A stretch of 63,867 nucleotides of DNA, counting the filler, from Octopus bimaculoides (Eukaryota): assembly GCF_001194135.2 (NCBI RefSeq). It is 5 parts of 5 records of this genome, joined end to end, with 100 filler letters (N's around TTAATTAATTAA, not from the genome) between each part and the next. Parts side by side here need not be neighbours in the genome. Positions count along the whole stretch, not along the records: positions 1 to 22,791 come from NC_069000.1; positions 22,892 to 43,369 come from NC_068998.1; 3 more parts are not named here. One strand, written 5' to 3'. Below, piece after piece: positions 11,624 to 23,216 of the stretch. The notes beneath the pieces are model-generated. The model worked only from the letters and a program-made list of their open reading frames with translations, searched no databases and was not told the origin of the DNA. Position numbers and translations under genes: made by a program. Every line of letters begins with the position of its first letter. The stretch's first letter is position 1.

Positions 11624-13199
11624 TAATTGAAATCCTGCCAGTACCAATTTTGCTTATCACCCATCAGATGTTGGGTTGGTTTGCTCCTACTTTTACAAGA
11701 ATCTTTGGGCTTATATATTTTAGGAACCATTATTAGAAATAATCTTCAAAAGTGAATATAACAGAGTGCATGTATGTTCATTGTTACAGTGACTGTACCA
11801 TGATGTCAGAATATTTCCATTTAAAATGAAATTGGAATTGCATCTTAAAAAAACATTTTGTTGGGTCTTAGTTTATTGATCTATATGAAACAATTATAAG
11901 ATCCCTTCGGTCCTGTGTTGCTAGTGCTGGTGCCACAGTAAAATGCACCCAGGGCTTATAGTATACTGCTATAGAAACCTACCTGGAATGATATGTATCT
12001 GCACCAATCTATAAGAACAGCTGATCACAATAAGGAAGGACTTGGATCATGATGACTTCTCCAATATATGCCAGGATGGAAATCATCATTATTTTAACAT
12101 CTACCATCATTATTTTAACATTTGGATGGCTCAGATAATATTCATCAAGGCAGATTTTCTATGGTTGAATGCCCTTCCTTTGCCAATCCTGAACGAAGCC
12201 TGCTGCTTGTATGTATATGTGTATGTTTACATTTGCACTCAATGAAAGGTACAGATCCTTCATTTGAAAAATGGCTAAGCGTTAATGACTGGGAGGTATC
12301 TAGTTGTAAAACAATACAATACCTTAATATATTCATGTAACCTATACTAGAATGGGAAAATGGATGTAAACCAAATATGTGTGTGTATGTATGTACATAT
12401 GTATATATTTCTATAGATATATATGTATGTATATGTGTGTGTATATGTACATCTGTCTATGTGTGTATGTATATTTATATATATGCATGTGTGTGTATAT
12501 ATATATATATATATATGATTATAATTGTTTTAACATCCGGTTTTCCATGCTCTCATGAGTTGGGCAGAATTCATTGAGGCAGATTTTTGATGGCCAGATG
12601 ACCTTCCTGTCTCCAGGTTTTCAAGTAAGGTAATATTTCCCCCTAGCTGGATATGTTTTCATAGAAGGTTGGAAATGAAGGATACCACTTTTACGATGAC
12701 AATGCTCAATTACAACTGTCAAGGCAACACCACGCACACACACACACACACATTTATAAAACACAAACACATATAATGGGGTTCTTTCAGTTTCCATCTG
12801 CCAAATTCTCTCACAAGGCTTTGGTCAACCTGGAGCTATAGTAGAAGACACTTGTCCAAGGCGCAGTCAATGAAATCAAACCCAACACTACTTTTAAGCC
12901 TGGGACTCATTCTTTCAGGCTTTTTGCTGAATTGCTAAGTTGCAGAGGTGTAAATAAACCAACACCTGTTGTCAAATACAGAGAGAAAAACACAGACATA
13001 CATACACATATTCACACGCAAACACACACACACACACATCACCCCCATTCTTTTACTAACACTTTTTAGTGTGCCTTTGCTATGAGTCAACAAAATTTAA
13101 TATACTACAAAAGCTGTTGCTAACTGACTGATCACCATTAAAAGAAAACATTTCCACCACTAATACTACCAAATGATTTGCATACAATGAAAATAGAAA

Positions 13200-15380
13200 A
13201 TATTTTTGAAAATTAAATATGAATCCATCAAGGCTCAGTCCTCAGTCATTTTCTATTCATCACAGGCCATCACAGAGGCAGTTAAAATTGGTTGCCCGTG
13301 GGAATTCATATACATTTATTATTTAGTTCTCATAGCTGAAACTGTAATGGAATTAGAGGGGAAATTCCAAGCATGTAAGCTAAACCTAGAATCAAGAGGC
13401 CTCAGTGTAAACTTAACAAAGTTGTAAACTTAACTCAGTGTAAACTTAATAAAGTTTTAGTAAGTTGGAAAGAAGATAGGACATTGATATAATCAGGGAA
13501 GTAGCCTTGCTTGATATGCAGAGGTGTAGGTGTAGGTATAAACTTTATATGCAGTGCCCAATATAACTTACAGACACAAGACACGTGGAATCACAGACAG
13601 ATTAACAGGAGTAAGCTTTATATAACAGATGCACTGGTGTAGTACATACTGTGAGCACATCAGAAACAAATTCTTAAATGTCCAGATGGCTTACTAGAAG
13701 TACTCAGTAGCTTTTGTTACCTAGAGACATAATTAGCAGGGCAAATAGTTGCACTGAAAGTATAGTAGCCAGAGTAAGAACAGGTTGGGAAAAGTCCAGG
13801 AAGCTACCACCACAGATGGCAACAAAGGTCTTTTCCCTCAGAGTGAAGGGCAGATTGTATGGCACTTGTGTTAGAACTGTGATGCTACTAAGTAACAAGA
13901 CATGGTCTTGAACACAGAAGATTTGCAAAGATTAAAAAGAAATGAAGCTGGCATGCACCTAGATAAGATGCAGTTTGGCCTTGTGCCTGGAAGAGATACC
14001 ATGAATGCAATCTTTCTAGCGCTTGTTAACTTGGAGAAGACATTTGGTAGAGTACCAAATTCAGTAGTTTGGTTGTTATTGAGGAAACTAGATGTAGATG
14101 AATGGTTTGTGAGGGTTGTAGAAGCTATGTACACTGATCCAATTAGTAAAGTGAGAGTCAATAACGGTTTTGGTGATGAGTTTTGTGTGAAGGTAGGTGT
14201 CCATCAAGGCTCCGTCCTCTCCTATTCATAGTCTTACAGCCCACCAAAGTGGAGTTTAAGACTGATTGTCCATGGAAATTCTTATATATGCTGATGATCT
14301 AGTTCTTGTAGCTGACTTCAAAGTGAAGATGATGTTTCAGGTATGGAAGCTAAACCTGGAATTGAGAGGCTTCAAGGTAAACTTAGCAAGGATGAAGGTT
14401 TTACTAAGTTGATAAAAAAGACAACCCTATTATTTTCAGAGAAATGGTCTTAATATACAGTGAAGGAATAAGTATAAGCTATGTAAGTTATGGACATTTG
14501 AGGTGTAGTGGAATCACAAGCATACTAACAAAGTAAGTAAACTCTGCACATGACAGATACACTGATGAATACATACTTAGAGCATATCAGAAATAAATTT
14601 TCTTAAATTCCCAGATGCTTTACTAGAAGTAATTGATAAGTTTTGTTACCCAGGAGACATAATTAGCAGAAAAGGTGGTTGAGCTGAAAATATAGCAACC
14701 AGAGTAAGTTCAGGTTAGAAAATGTTCAGTGAGCTGCTACCACTGCAGGCTTTTGCTCTTACAGTGAAGGATAGATTGTTAAGACACTTGCGTTAGAACT
14801 GTGATGCTGCATTGCATTAAGACATGGGCTTTGGTTGCAAGGACCAGAAAGAAATGAAGTTAGTGTGCTCTGATAGATGTGCAATATAAGGCGGCGAGCT
14901 GGCAGAAACGTTAGCACGCCGGGCGAAATGCTTAGCGGTATTTCGTCTGTTGCTACATTCTGAGTTCAAATTCCACCGAGATCGACTTTGCCTTTGATCC
15001 TTTCGGGTTGATTAAATAAGTACCAGTTATGCACTGGGGTTGAGATAATCAACTTAATCTGTGTGTAGCCCCTTGTGGGCAGTAAGAAAATAAGATGTGC
15101 AATATAAGTGCATGAAAGACTAAAAGTAAATGTGTTGAAAGAAAAATTGAGCTAAAAAGGACTCAGATGTAGTGTGCAAGAAAGATGACTGTACTGGTAT
15201 GGACATGTGATGCATGTGGATGAGGACAGCTGTATAATGAAGTGCCAATCAAGGATAGAGGTTATGGAAACCCATCAAGACATGGGATGAAATATTGAAG
15301 GCTGATCTCAGGACCTTGAACTTTATGGAGTAGATGACAAAGGACTGGGATAAATGGTACCTGAAAAGACCTGCTCATCT
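13200..15380 (+). mobile_element. Two head-to-tail RTE-clade LINE RT fragments
   Basis: Copy 1 (about 13200-13945) includes FSLRVKGRLYGTCVRTVML and RNEA. Copy 2 (about 13950-15380) restarts at LDKMQFGLVPGRDT, then VGVHQGSVLS, YADDL at 14287-14301, and the C-terminal WYGHV-like region. Confidence 0.85.
14891..15092 (+). mobile_element. tRNA-derived SINE, family B, with 16-bp TSD
   Basis: Starts GCGGCGAGCTGGCAGAAACGTTAGC. AGATGTGCAATATAAG flanks it exactly at 14875-14890 and 15093-15108. Confidence 0.92.
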
Positions 15381-15578
15381 TGGTGAAACAGTTTCTGGAA
15401 ACAATATTTGTGTGTGTGTATATATATATATTTACACACTGTTATAAACCCAAACTGGAATATCTAAGTTTAAAAGGTTTTAATCAACTAAAAATACAGC
15501 AATCTACAATACAAACAAAGATTGCTAAACTGTAAGCAAAACTAAACTTCAACGCAATAACAGTTTTATGCAGCGATT

Positions 15579-15653
15579 ACTCATTCTACTGTGTACAATC
15601 CTCGTGGAAATGCTCAATGTGAAAGATATAATGGAGTAATATGGAATTCCATT
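15579..15653 (+). pseudogene. Integrase core fragment, opposite strand to gag
   Basis: THSTVYNPRGNAQCERYNGVIWNSI matches the rve segment carrying the catalytic E of DD35E. Confidence 0.85.
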
Positions 15654-15672
15654 TGGAATAATACGCAATTAG

Positions 15673-16117
15673 ACCAACAATTTGACTCAAGTTGAAGATG
15701 ACGTTAATCCCAAGATAAATGCGTCATGAACAGCTTCATTTTTGTGAGTCTCAGCAGCCATTGCTCTGTACCCGCAATCTTTAGTTAGTCATTTCAATTT
15801 CTGTAAATAGTCATCAACAGATAGATTTGGTTCTTGTTTGCATGTCATCAAAAGGTGTCTCGCAAAAATAATGTTCAAGGGTTTCATGTACAGTCTCTCC
15901 AGAGTTTCAATTGCTTCTGCTTAATTCTCACATTCACTTCTTTATCTATGTGCGCTATTAAACACCTAAGCTTGCTTTCATCAGTGATAGGCGGTTCAGC
16001 AGGAAGTGATTCTACAAAATTTATAAAAGTTCTGAAGCAATATTTCCATTCTTTTGAAGCTTGACTCGAACTTGGATCAGCGGTGAATAAATTTGGTTTT
16101 ATAAATTTGCTGTCCAT
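15673..16117 (-). pseudogene. gag: Retrotransposon gag (N-terminal part, frameshifted)
   Basis: MDSKFIKPNLFTADPSSSQASKEWKYCFRTFINFVESL...KLRCLIAHID, a frameshift, then EAIETLERLYMKPLNIIFARHLLMTCKQEPNLSVDDYLQKLK*LTKDCGYRAMAAETHKNEAVHDAFILGLTSS. This follows the Gypsy gag pattern. Confidence 0.85.
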
Positions 16118-16849
16118 TCTCTTTCTCTAGCTATTTTTAGTTGATTAAATTGTTATAAACCCAAACTAGAATATCTAAGTTTAAAAGGTTTTAATCAACT
16201 AAAAATACAGCAATCTACAATACAAACAAAGATTGCGAAATTGTAAGAAAAACCAAAGTTCAACACAATGACAGTTTTATGCAGCGAGTTGCTACAGTCT
16301 CGACTAACTAAAAACCAACACTGAACATGTGCTGCAAACAGAACAGAACTCCACACAGCTGCACTGCAGGCAAATAGCAGCAATCGAGACAATCAAAATC
16401 ACGTGATCAAAACTAAAATCACAGCACACACACACACATATATACATATATATATTTACACACACACACACACACACACATATATGTATTTACACACACA
16501 CACACATATGTATTTACACACACACACATATATACATATATATATATATATTTATTTGCACACACACACACACATGTATATATATGTATTTACACACATA
16601 CATATATATACATAACACCCACAAACAACTGGGCTCCTTATCCAATATCTTCCTCAAACCATCCCCAAGACCAATTATTTCTGCTTAAATGCTGCTGTAA
16701 TTATATTTGAGCAGAACTGCATATTTTATCGTCTTTTTCTCTGATACCAGTTATCTTTCTCACTACCTGGAACAATTTCACTTGATATCCATCCTTTATA
16801 ATACAGTCCCTCTCCTCTCACATTTTGCATTGGTTATTCTTCTGTGCCA

Positions 16850-17150
16850 CCTAATTATCTCAGCTTCTCCACCATTATACATCTCTGACATTGCTCCACC
16901 TGATTTCATTTGTTTAAGTCCCTGCAAAATTCCTTGAATGAAAAATCATGTATCAATTTTGATGCAGTAAAGAACCACCCAGATAACTTCTTTTCCTCCA
17001 AAGTAGCCTAGTTCTATGTGGATGGAATTTTGAAGCAACCAAATACATGGACTAAAATCATTAATAAAAATGGAGGGTATTTGATGAATAAAAAATAGAT
17101 GTATTTTATTTTCATTCTTCAAAAACAACTCAAAACTTTCTGAATGACTA
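16850..17150 (+). mobile_element. Mariner transposase 3' fragment
   Basis: Frameshift-interrupted translation DIAPPDF..LFKSLQNSLNEK...FDAVKNHPDNFFSSK...FYVDGILK...WTKIINKNGGY resembles the mariner C-terminus. Confidence 0.7.
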
Positions 17151-17749
17151 TATATATNNNNNNNNNNNNNNNNNNNNNNNNNNNNNNNNNNNNNNNNNNN
17201 NNNNNNNNNNNNNNNNNNNNNNNNNNNNNNNNNNNNNNNNATATATATGTGTGTGTGTGTGTGTATGTCCACTCAGCTGTAAATGGGTAACTCTGTGATG
17301 GATTGGTGTTCTGTTCAGGAGAAATGTTGCCTGTCCACCTAGCCAACTGTTGGCATTATTAGAAAGCTTCAACAACACAAGTGTATTATGACTAGTAGTG
17401 TATGAAAACATCTGATAGTCTGGTTAATATACTGACATATGTATCTATAATGCCCCCAACCTCCACCTCATATATCCCTGTGTCAAGCTCTTCTATGTCG
17501 CTATTCATTCAGCTACTGTAATTATAAGAGAACTGCACATATTTCATACACTTTTGTGCTATCACTTCTCCTTTTGTCACCCATCCTTCATTCTCAATAA
17601 TATCTTTACCACTTTATTTTCCACTGAACACACTTTTCCTTTGAGCTGCAGCTTATGACTGTCATATCCCCCATCATAATATGACAAAAAAAGGCTTTTT
17701 TCTTTTTTTTAAGAATGCAACAGATATAGCTAAAAGGAGTGGTCAGTCC

Positions 17750-18920
17750 ACCTCATGATGCCAGTGGATAATATGGAAAAGGTATTGCCCTGGAGGATGG
17801 CAAGGCAGACACACTGGAACAGCCACTCTGACTCAGGGACCTTGCACTTGTGGATAGCCATTTCAATCTTGATAGCAGGGATGAATGCTGGAGGTCTCCA
17901 TTGGCACAGACTTGATCACAAATCTGTCAGAGAGCAGCTGATACTTTGACATTCTCCCTTCTCGTGTTGACAATCAGTGAAGCCTGAGCTGGCAGGTGAC
18001 AGCACCAGGTTTCCATGCGAGAAGGTGTCACAGCATGTGACATCCCAGATGACGGGGCCTACCATTGCCGAAGAAGGAAATTGTCATGCTGCCTGACCTT
18101 TTACTGTGCCCAGGAGCTGGCTTGAGCTGGGAAGGGAAGCTTGTAGTGTCTAACCCATGCTTTATGATCTCCTTGAGAGTAGCATGATATGGAAGGTGAC
18201 CAGCACTATAATGGTATGAAAATGGGTGGAGACTGCAAAAGTCTACAATGGATCCACAGCAGAGGCTTACAGATTTGGAGGTCAAGCATTAAGAAACACT
18301 GATGTGCAAACAGTTGCTATCCAGCTGAGTGCTAGTCAAAAGTGATAGCACTGTATTGAGCTTGTACTGCTGTGGGGCTAGGAGGCTCAGTGGAAACGGA
18401 CAGTGCATCAGGCCATCCAAGATAATGCTACTCTGAATGGCATCCCATTTATTTAGGGGTGGGGACCAGATGTCCAAAAGGGGAAGCGGGGTGGAGACTG
18501 AACTGGCTCTATGTCTTGTAGGCTATCTTGTGCTCCCTGATTACAGTAGGTTCAGTTGTGTTGCAGAGAACCCTGTAGATGAGACATAGCAAGCAGTTAC
18601 TGATGAGAGAAATGCCTGCAGGAACAGTGAGACCGAAGGCCAAGGCTGCCATATCTGACAGGTAAGGTGGCCTGTTGCCATCAAACCAGATATTGTATAT
18701 CTCCTCAGTGGTCCATTGGATACAGGCATTGAAACCTGTGAAGAGTGATGCATAGCAGTAGCAAGGGGCTTTGTGGAATGTATGTAGAAGCTTTGGCATG
18801 ACAACATAGTTCCTGAACAGGAAAAATGCCAGATGGATGTTGATCAGGTTCAATCTGTTTGTCAGAATCATTAACACCTTTTCATTCATATCTGCTGTCG
18901 TTCTCAACACTTTCACATAT
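17750..18920 (-). mobile_element. CRE-like (RLE-endonuclease) non-LTR retrotransposon 3' fragment
   Basis: RLNLINIHLAFFLFRNYVVMPKLLHTFHKAP (RT C-terminus), CCGSIVDFCSLHPFSYHYSAGHLPYHATLKEIIKHGL (zinc-finger-like segment before RLE), and terminal WLFQCVCLAILQGNTFSIL (AIAVQRGNA-like end of CRE-type ORFs). Confidence 0.7.
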
Positions 18921-19499
18921 CTGCCACTGACGTCCACCATTCTTTGTTACTATATCCATCTTTACATACTTCTGGCCTCCATATCTTACTGTGTATCTCC
19001 CACCCACCCTTTTTTTTTCACATCATCTTCCTATTTCTCATTTATCTATGGTTCTATTATACTACTGTCTTCCATGTCACTTATCACCCCATCATTCCTG
19101 ACCTATTCCTATATCCTTCACCTTCACCCCCAAGCTGGTATTCACCATCAGCCAGGCCTTCAACCATGTTCACTATTCACTGCATTCACATCTATCTCCA
19201 TCTCTAACCATCTGTTACTCACCTTATCACACTCTTACAAACTCAACTATTTGCTCTTCCTGATCCTTTGTCCTTGTTCTCTCTTACATTCATCTTCTTG
19301 TGCTTTGAAAGTACACCCTAACCTTATCACCACCATCTTTATCGCTTCTCTCAGTCACCCTTATATCATGTAATATTTCCATATATCTCCTCTACAGCAA
19401 AATACCTGTTTATGTATTGTACTTCAGCATCTGGCATAAACTACCTCTCTCTCTACAACACTCTCACTCAACTGAGGTGGGAGGGGCGCTTTTTCATTT

Positions 19500-20100
19500 T
19501 CTTTGTCTTGAGAAATAAGATTTGACAAGGTATTAATTAGCTTAATACTTTAATGGAGAAAAAATAAGAGTCTTAACATTTCAGACATTAGTCCTTGATC
19601 AGAGGAAAGATAGAAGCATAGAGGAGATGAGAAAGAAAAACAGCGAAAAAAAAAAGGCAAAAGGTTAGAAACTTGGGAATGCTATTCTGTGGTAAAGAGG
19701 CAGGTGTATATATGCAAGTGATTAGTGTATCCATTTCTGGAAGCAGGTGTATGAGAGGAGTGGTGTGTGTGTGTGTGTTTAAATGTGGTATATGTTAGTG
19801 TGTGGAAGTATAGAGCATAGATTTATGAGGGTGTTGGGTGTTTGTTTATGTGCGTGTGTGTATTTGTTAAATGGATAGTGAGAAAGTGTGTATGTGAGGA
19901 TGTGAGAGTGGGTGCAAATGAGATGGAGAATAGATATTGGTGAAGTAAATGAGATGACAGAAGCAATATGGAGGCTGTAAGAATCTGATAGAAATGTGTA
20001 CCTCTGTGTTAGAAAATTACATCAGAGGGTGAAATGTTTTAACAAAGAGGAAAAATTTAAACTAAAATGAGAAAAAAGAGAGAAAATGTGTGAAATCAAT
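19500..20100 (-). mobile_element. Possible Penelope-like 3' region with decayed hammerhead motif
   Basis: Pyrimidine-rich on the minus strand, containing CTGATCA-A-GGAC-TAAT-GTCT-GAAAT-GTT-AAGAC at 19602-19570. Confidence 0.35.
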
Positions 20101-20129
20101 GAAGAGAGGAAATGCCAAAGAAATTTATA

Positions 20130-21620
20130 TTCCATATAGCATCACCTTGAGTTCATTTACTCATGCTTGTATGGATTGGATGGGTCTTCTCCAACACAGC
20201 ACGTTACCACTTGTTGCATTCCTTTGTCATCTCCTGAGATTAACTTTACTACTTTTACCCTTGTCTTCCATGATCTCACATAGAGCTCCTGGGTATTTTT
20301 TGCCCATCTGTCTTCCATATGCATTACATGTCTGTACAACATAATCACCTCTTTCCCACATTACATCCGATTCCTCTTATGCCAAGTTTTTCTTCAGTTT
20401 TTCATCTGTGCCTCATCACTTGTGCACACCAACATTACATATCAAATGGAGTATGCTTGCTTCATTTCTGTCCCACTTTCCCACCTCTGCATTCACTACA
20501 CACATGTTACTATCATGCAGCATTGCAGTTCATACACAAACATACACCCTTCACTCATAGAATGAATCTGTTTTGTGAACAGAGGAAATAGCTTGCTGAA
20601 CTTTTTCCACCCCATTCTTATTCTGGCCATTACACCTTCTGAAACCCTTCCCCACCTACTACTAATTAGGTCACATAGGTAACAGAAGCTGTCATCTACT
20701 TGTATAAAGCATTACAAGGTATTTATTTTACAACTAGCTTGACTGCTAACTTCTCTGTATCTTCTTTTTACTCACTTTTACTCTCTTGCCTTTAATTTCA
20801 CTACATTTCTTGTGTATGAAATTTCTACCTACTCTTTTTCTGTATACTGAGCAGTATATACTTTTTCGGTGATATCAGAGAACTGTCTTCTTTCTTACTA
20901 AAACTATAGTCTTTGTAAAGTTTGCTCTGAGACCTTTTCATTGCAGATTTTGTTTCCACAGAATTTCGTCTCCAAACCCTCCACAGTCTTTGTGATGAGG
21001 ACTAATCATCAGCATATAGAAGTTCCCACTGGCAGTCTTAAACTTCTGTTATGGCTTAGAGAACTATAATAAATAGGTAATGGAACTGAACCTTAAGGGA
21101 CAACTATTTGTGTACTAAATTCCTCATTGAAATTATTGCCCTTTCTCTCTCTTCACTAACTGCATTTTGGTACATGGCTTGCACCACTCTCATAAGCCAT
21201 TCATCCATTCCTAGATTTCTTAGTGACAGCTAGACTACATATCATAGTACCCTGTCAAAAGCTTTCTCCAGATTAACAAATGCTTGGCAGAGAAGCTTAC
21301 TCTTAGTTAAAAATTTATCTTAGAGCATCAACTGTGCCCCTACCTTACACAACTCCAAACTGCATTTTATCTATGTGGATTCTCTTCGCATCAGTTATGC
21401 TAAGACTTTCTGTTACTCTCATAGCTTGGTCCATTAGCTTCATACCGCTACAGTTGCTTCTTTGTAGAGCTTTTTTTTTTTTTTCCCCTGTAACAGCTGA
21501 TTATACTGCTATTCCAGTCATTGAGTATAACACCTCCCTATATTTCTAGGTCAGCTGTGCTGGTGGCCATTTTGCCAGATATTTTCAAGTATCTTAAATT
21601 ATCCCTGATGAACCTTTTTT
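20130..21620 (-). mobile_element. Degenerate RTE LINE RT region
   Basis: Minus translation contains IDKMQFGV, RNEASILHLICNVGVH and GIRGIGCNV, as in the other RTE copies, with many stops. Confidence 0.75.
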
Positions 21621-21644
21621 TCCACATCTTAACATTTTTGATGG

Positions 21645-21797
21645 CCTGAGTGGTTGGCGTTAGGAAGGGCATCCAGCTGTAGAAACTCTGCCAAATTTAG
21701 ATTGGAGCCTGGTGTTGCCATCCGGTTTCACCAGTCCTCAGTCAAGTCGTCCAACCCATGCTAGCATGGAAAGCGGACGTTAAAAGATGATGATGAT
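21645..21797 (+). mobile_element. 5'-truncated RTE 3' end with (GAT)n tail
   Basis: Nearly identical to 60922-61083 (GAGTGGTTGGCGTTAGGAAGGGCATCCAG...CATGGAAAGCGGACGTTAAA.GATGATGAT). Confidence 0.9.
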
Positions 21798-21821
21798 TTT
21801 GAGCATATAATTGCCTACTTC

Positions 21822-22100
21822 AGGTGTGACGGTGTGGTAAAAAGTTTGATTCTCAACTACATGGTTCCAGGTTCAGTCCCACTGCTTAGCATCTTGGAGA
21901 AGTATTTTCTGCTATAGTTCAGGCTGACCAAAGCCTTGTGAGCAAATTTGGTAAGCAGAAACTGAAAGAAGTCTGTCATGTGTGTGTGTGTGTGTCCTCC
22001 ACCACTGATTGACAACCAATGCTGGTGTGTTTATGTGCCCATAACTTAGTGGTTTGGCAAAGAGAGACTGATAGAATAAGTACTGGTGTCGCTTCACTCA
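21822..22100 (+). mobile_element. Family A SINE, degenerate
   Basis: GGTTCCAGGTTCAGTCCCACTG head, GAAACTGAAAGAAG body and (TG)n. Confidence 0.75.
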
Positions 22101-22203
22101 ACTAAAATTCTTTAAGGTGGTGCAGTTTAATGATTGAAACAATTAAAGAAATAAAAAAATATATATATATGTATGTATATGTATATATATATGTATGTAT
22201 ATG

Positions 22204-22238
<35 letters not shown>

Positions 22239-22674
22239 CAGTTATACATTCATTACTTCTAATTTTAATGCCATATCGCCTAAAGAAGTGAACACGTGAA
22301 CTAAAAATCCACCTAATGTCCATGGATATTACAGATTGTACTGTAATCATCCCAGGAATACAGGCTATGGTTGTAAGAAACATGTGATTTGTGGAAACAT
22401 GCACAGCAATACATTAAGATCCCATTATTATTATATTTATCCTACATTATATTGACGCATTTTGGTACAACCCCATAAAATTGCTGTTGCAAGTTGTTCA
22501 TTAGGCTGTAGACAACATAATGAAATAGGAGCTTTTATATACTTACTCAAAAACGTTTCTCTTAAATGAACTTAAAGGAGATGTGTGTGTGTGTGTGTGT
22601 GTATAAAATTTATATAGACAGCCATGTGCAATGTGTTACCAAAAAGGAAAACTATAATTGTCACTAAATATGAC

Positions 22675-22791
22675 AGGTGTGGCTGTGTGAAGCTTGCTTC
22701 CCAACCACAAGGTTCTAGATTCAGTCCCACTGCATAGCCTTGTGAGTGGATTTGGTAGACGGAAACTGAAAGAAGCCAGTTGTATATATAT
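22675..22791 (+). mobile_element. Family A SINE head, truncated by a gap
   Basis: AGGTGTGGCTGTGTGAAGCTTGCTTCCCAACCAC...GATTCAGTCCCACTGC...GGAAACTGAAAGAAGCC. Confidence 0.75.
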
Positions 22792-22891
22792 NNNNNNNNN
22801 NNNNNNNNNNNNNNNNNNNNNNNNNNNNNNNNNNNTTAATTAATTAANNNNNNNNNNNNNNNNNNNNNNNNNNNNNNNNNNNNNNNNNNNN
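22792..22891. other. Artificial 100-bp scaffold spacer N44-TTAATTAATTAA-N44
   Basis: Exact 44+12+44 layout; the 12-mer gives a stop in all six frames. Confidence 0.95.
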
Positions 22892-23124
22892 TATATATAT
22901 ATATATATATATGTATGTGTACGTGTATGTTTGTGTGTGCATTTTCTCTTGCTGTGTGCGCGTATATGATTTGAAAGGAATGTGACTGTATTTCTAGCAG
23001 GTCGGGTAACCATACAGAAATCCATTTATTGATTTCTTAAATAAGAGTTTTATCATATGCTCGTCTCTTATAAATTGATCTACCAAAACCATCTTTCAAC
23101 AAACCGACTAACAGAGACAGATAT

Positions 23125-23216
23125 ATGGATGGATGGATGGATGGATGGATGGAGGGAGGGAGGGATGGAGGGATGAAGGGATGGATGGAGGGAGGGAGGG
23201 AGAGAGGGATGGATGT
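23125..23216 (+). repeat. (GGAT)n/(GGAG)n compound tetranucleotide repeat
   Basis: Directly visible. Confidence 0.9.

Larger units (their letters stand above)
15440..16426 (-). mobile_element. Rearranged Gypsy-type LTR retrotransposon: 5' LTR, gag fragment, inverted integrase fragment, partial 3' LTR
   Basis: LTR at 16151 to about 16426 (alternative end 16617). 15440-15576 is a 137-bp copy of 16151-16287 with 8 mismatches. Both end ...TTATAACA on the minus strand. CACAC flanks both sides (15435-39 and 16427-31). Confidence 0.88.

Noticed and set aside
22319-22356. Short hairpin ATTACAG/CTGTAAT
   Set aside because: Only about 11 bp with a bulge; too short for a pre-miRNA and likely chance.
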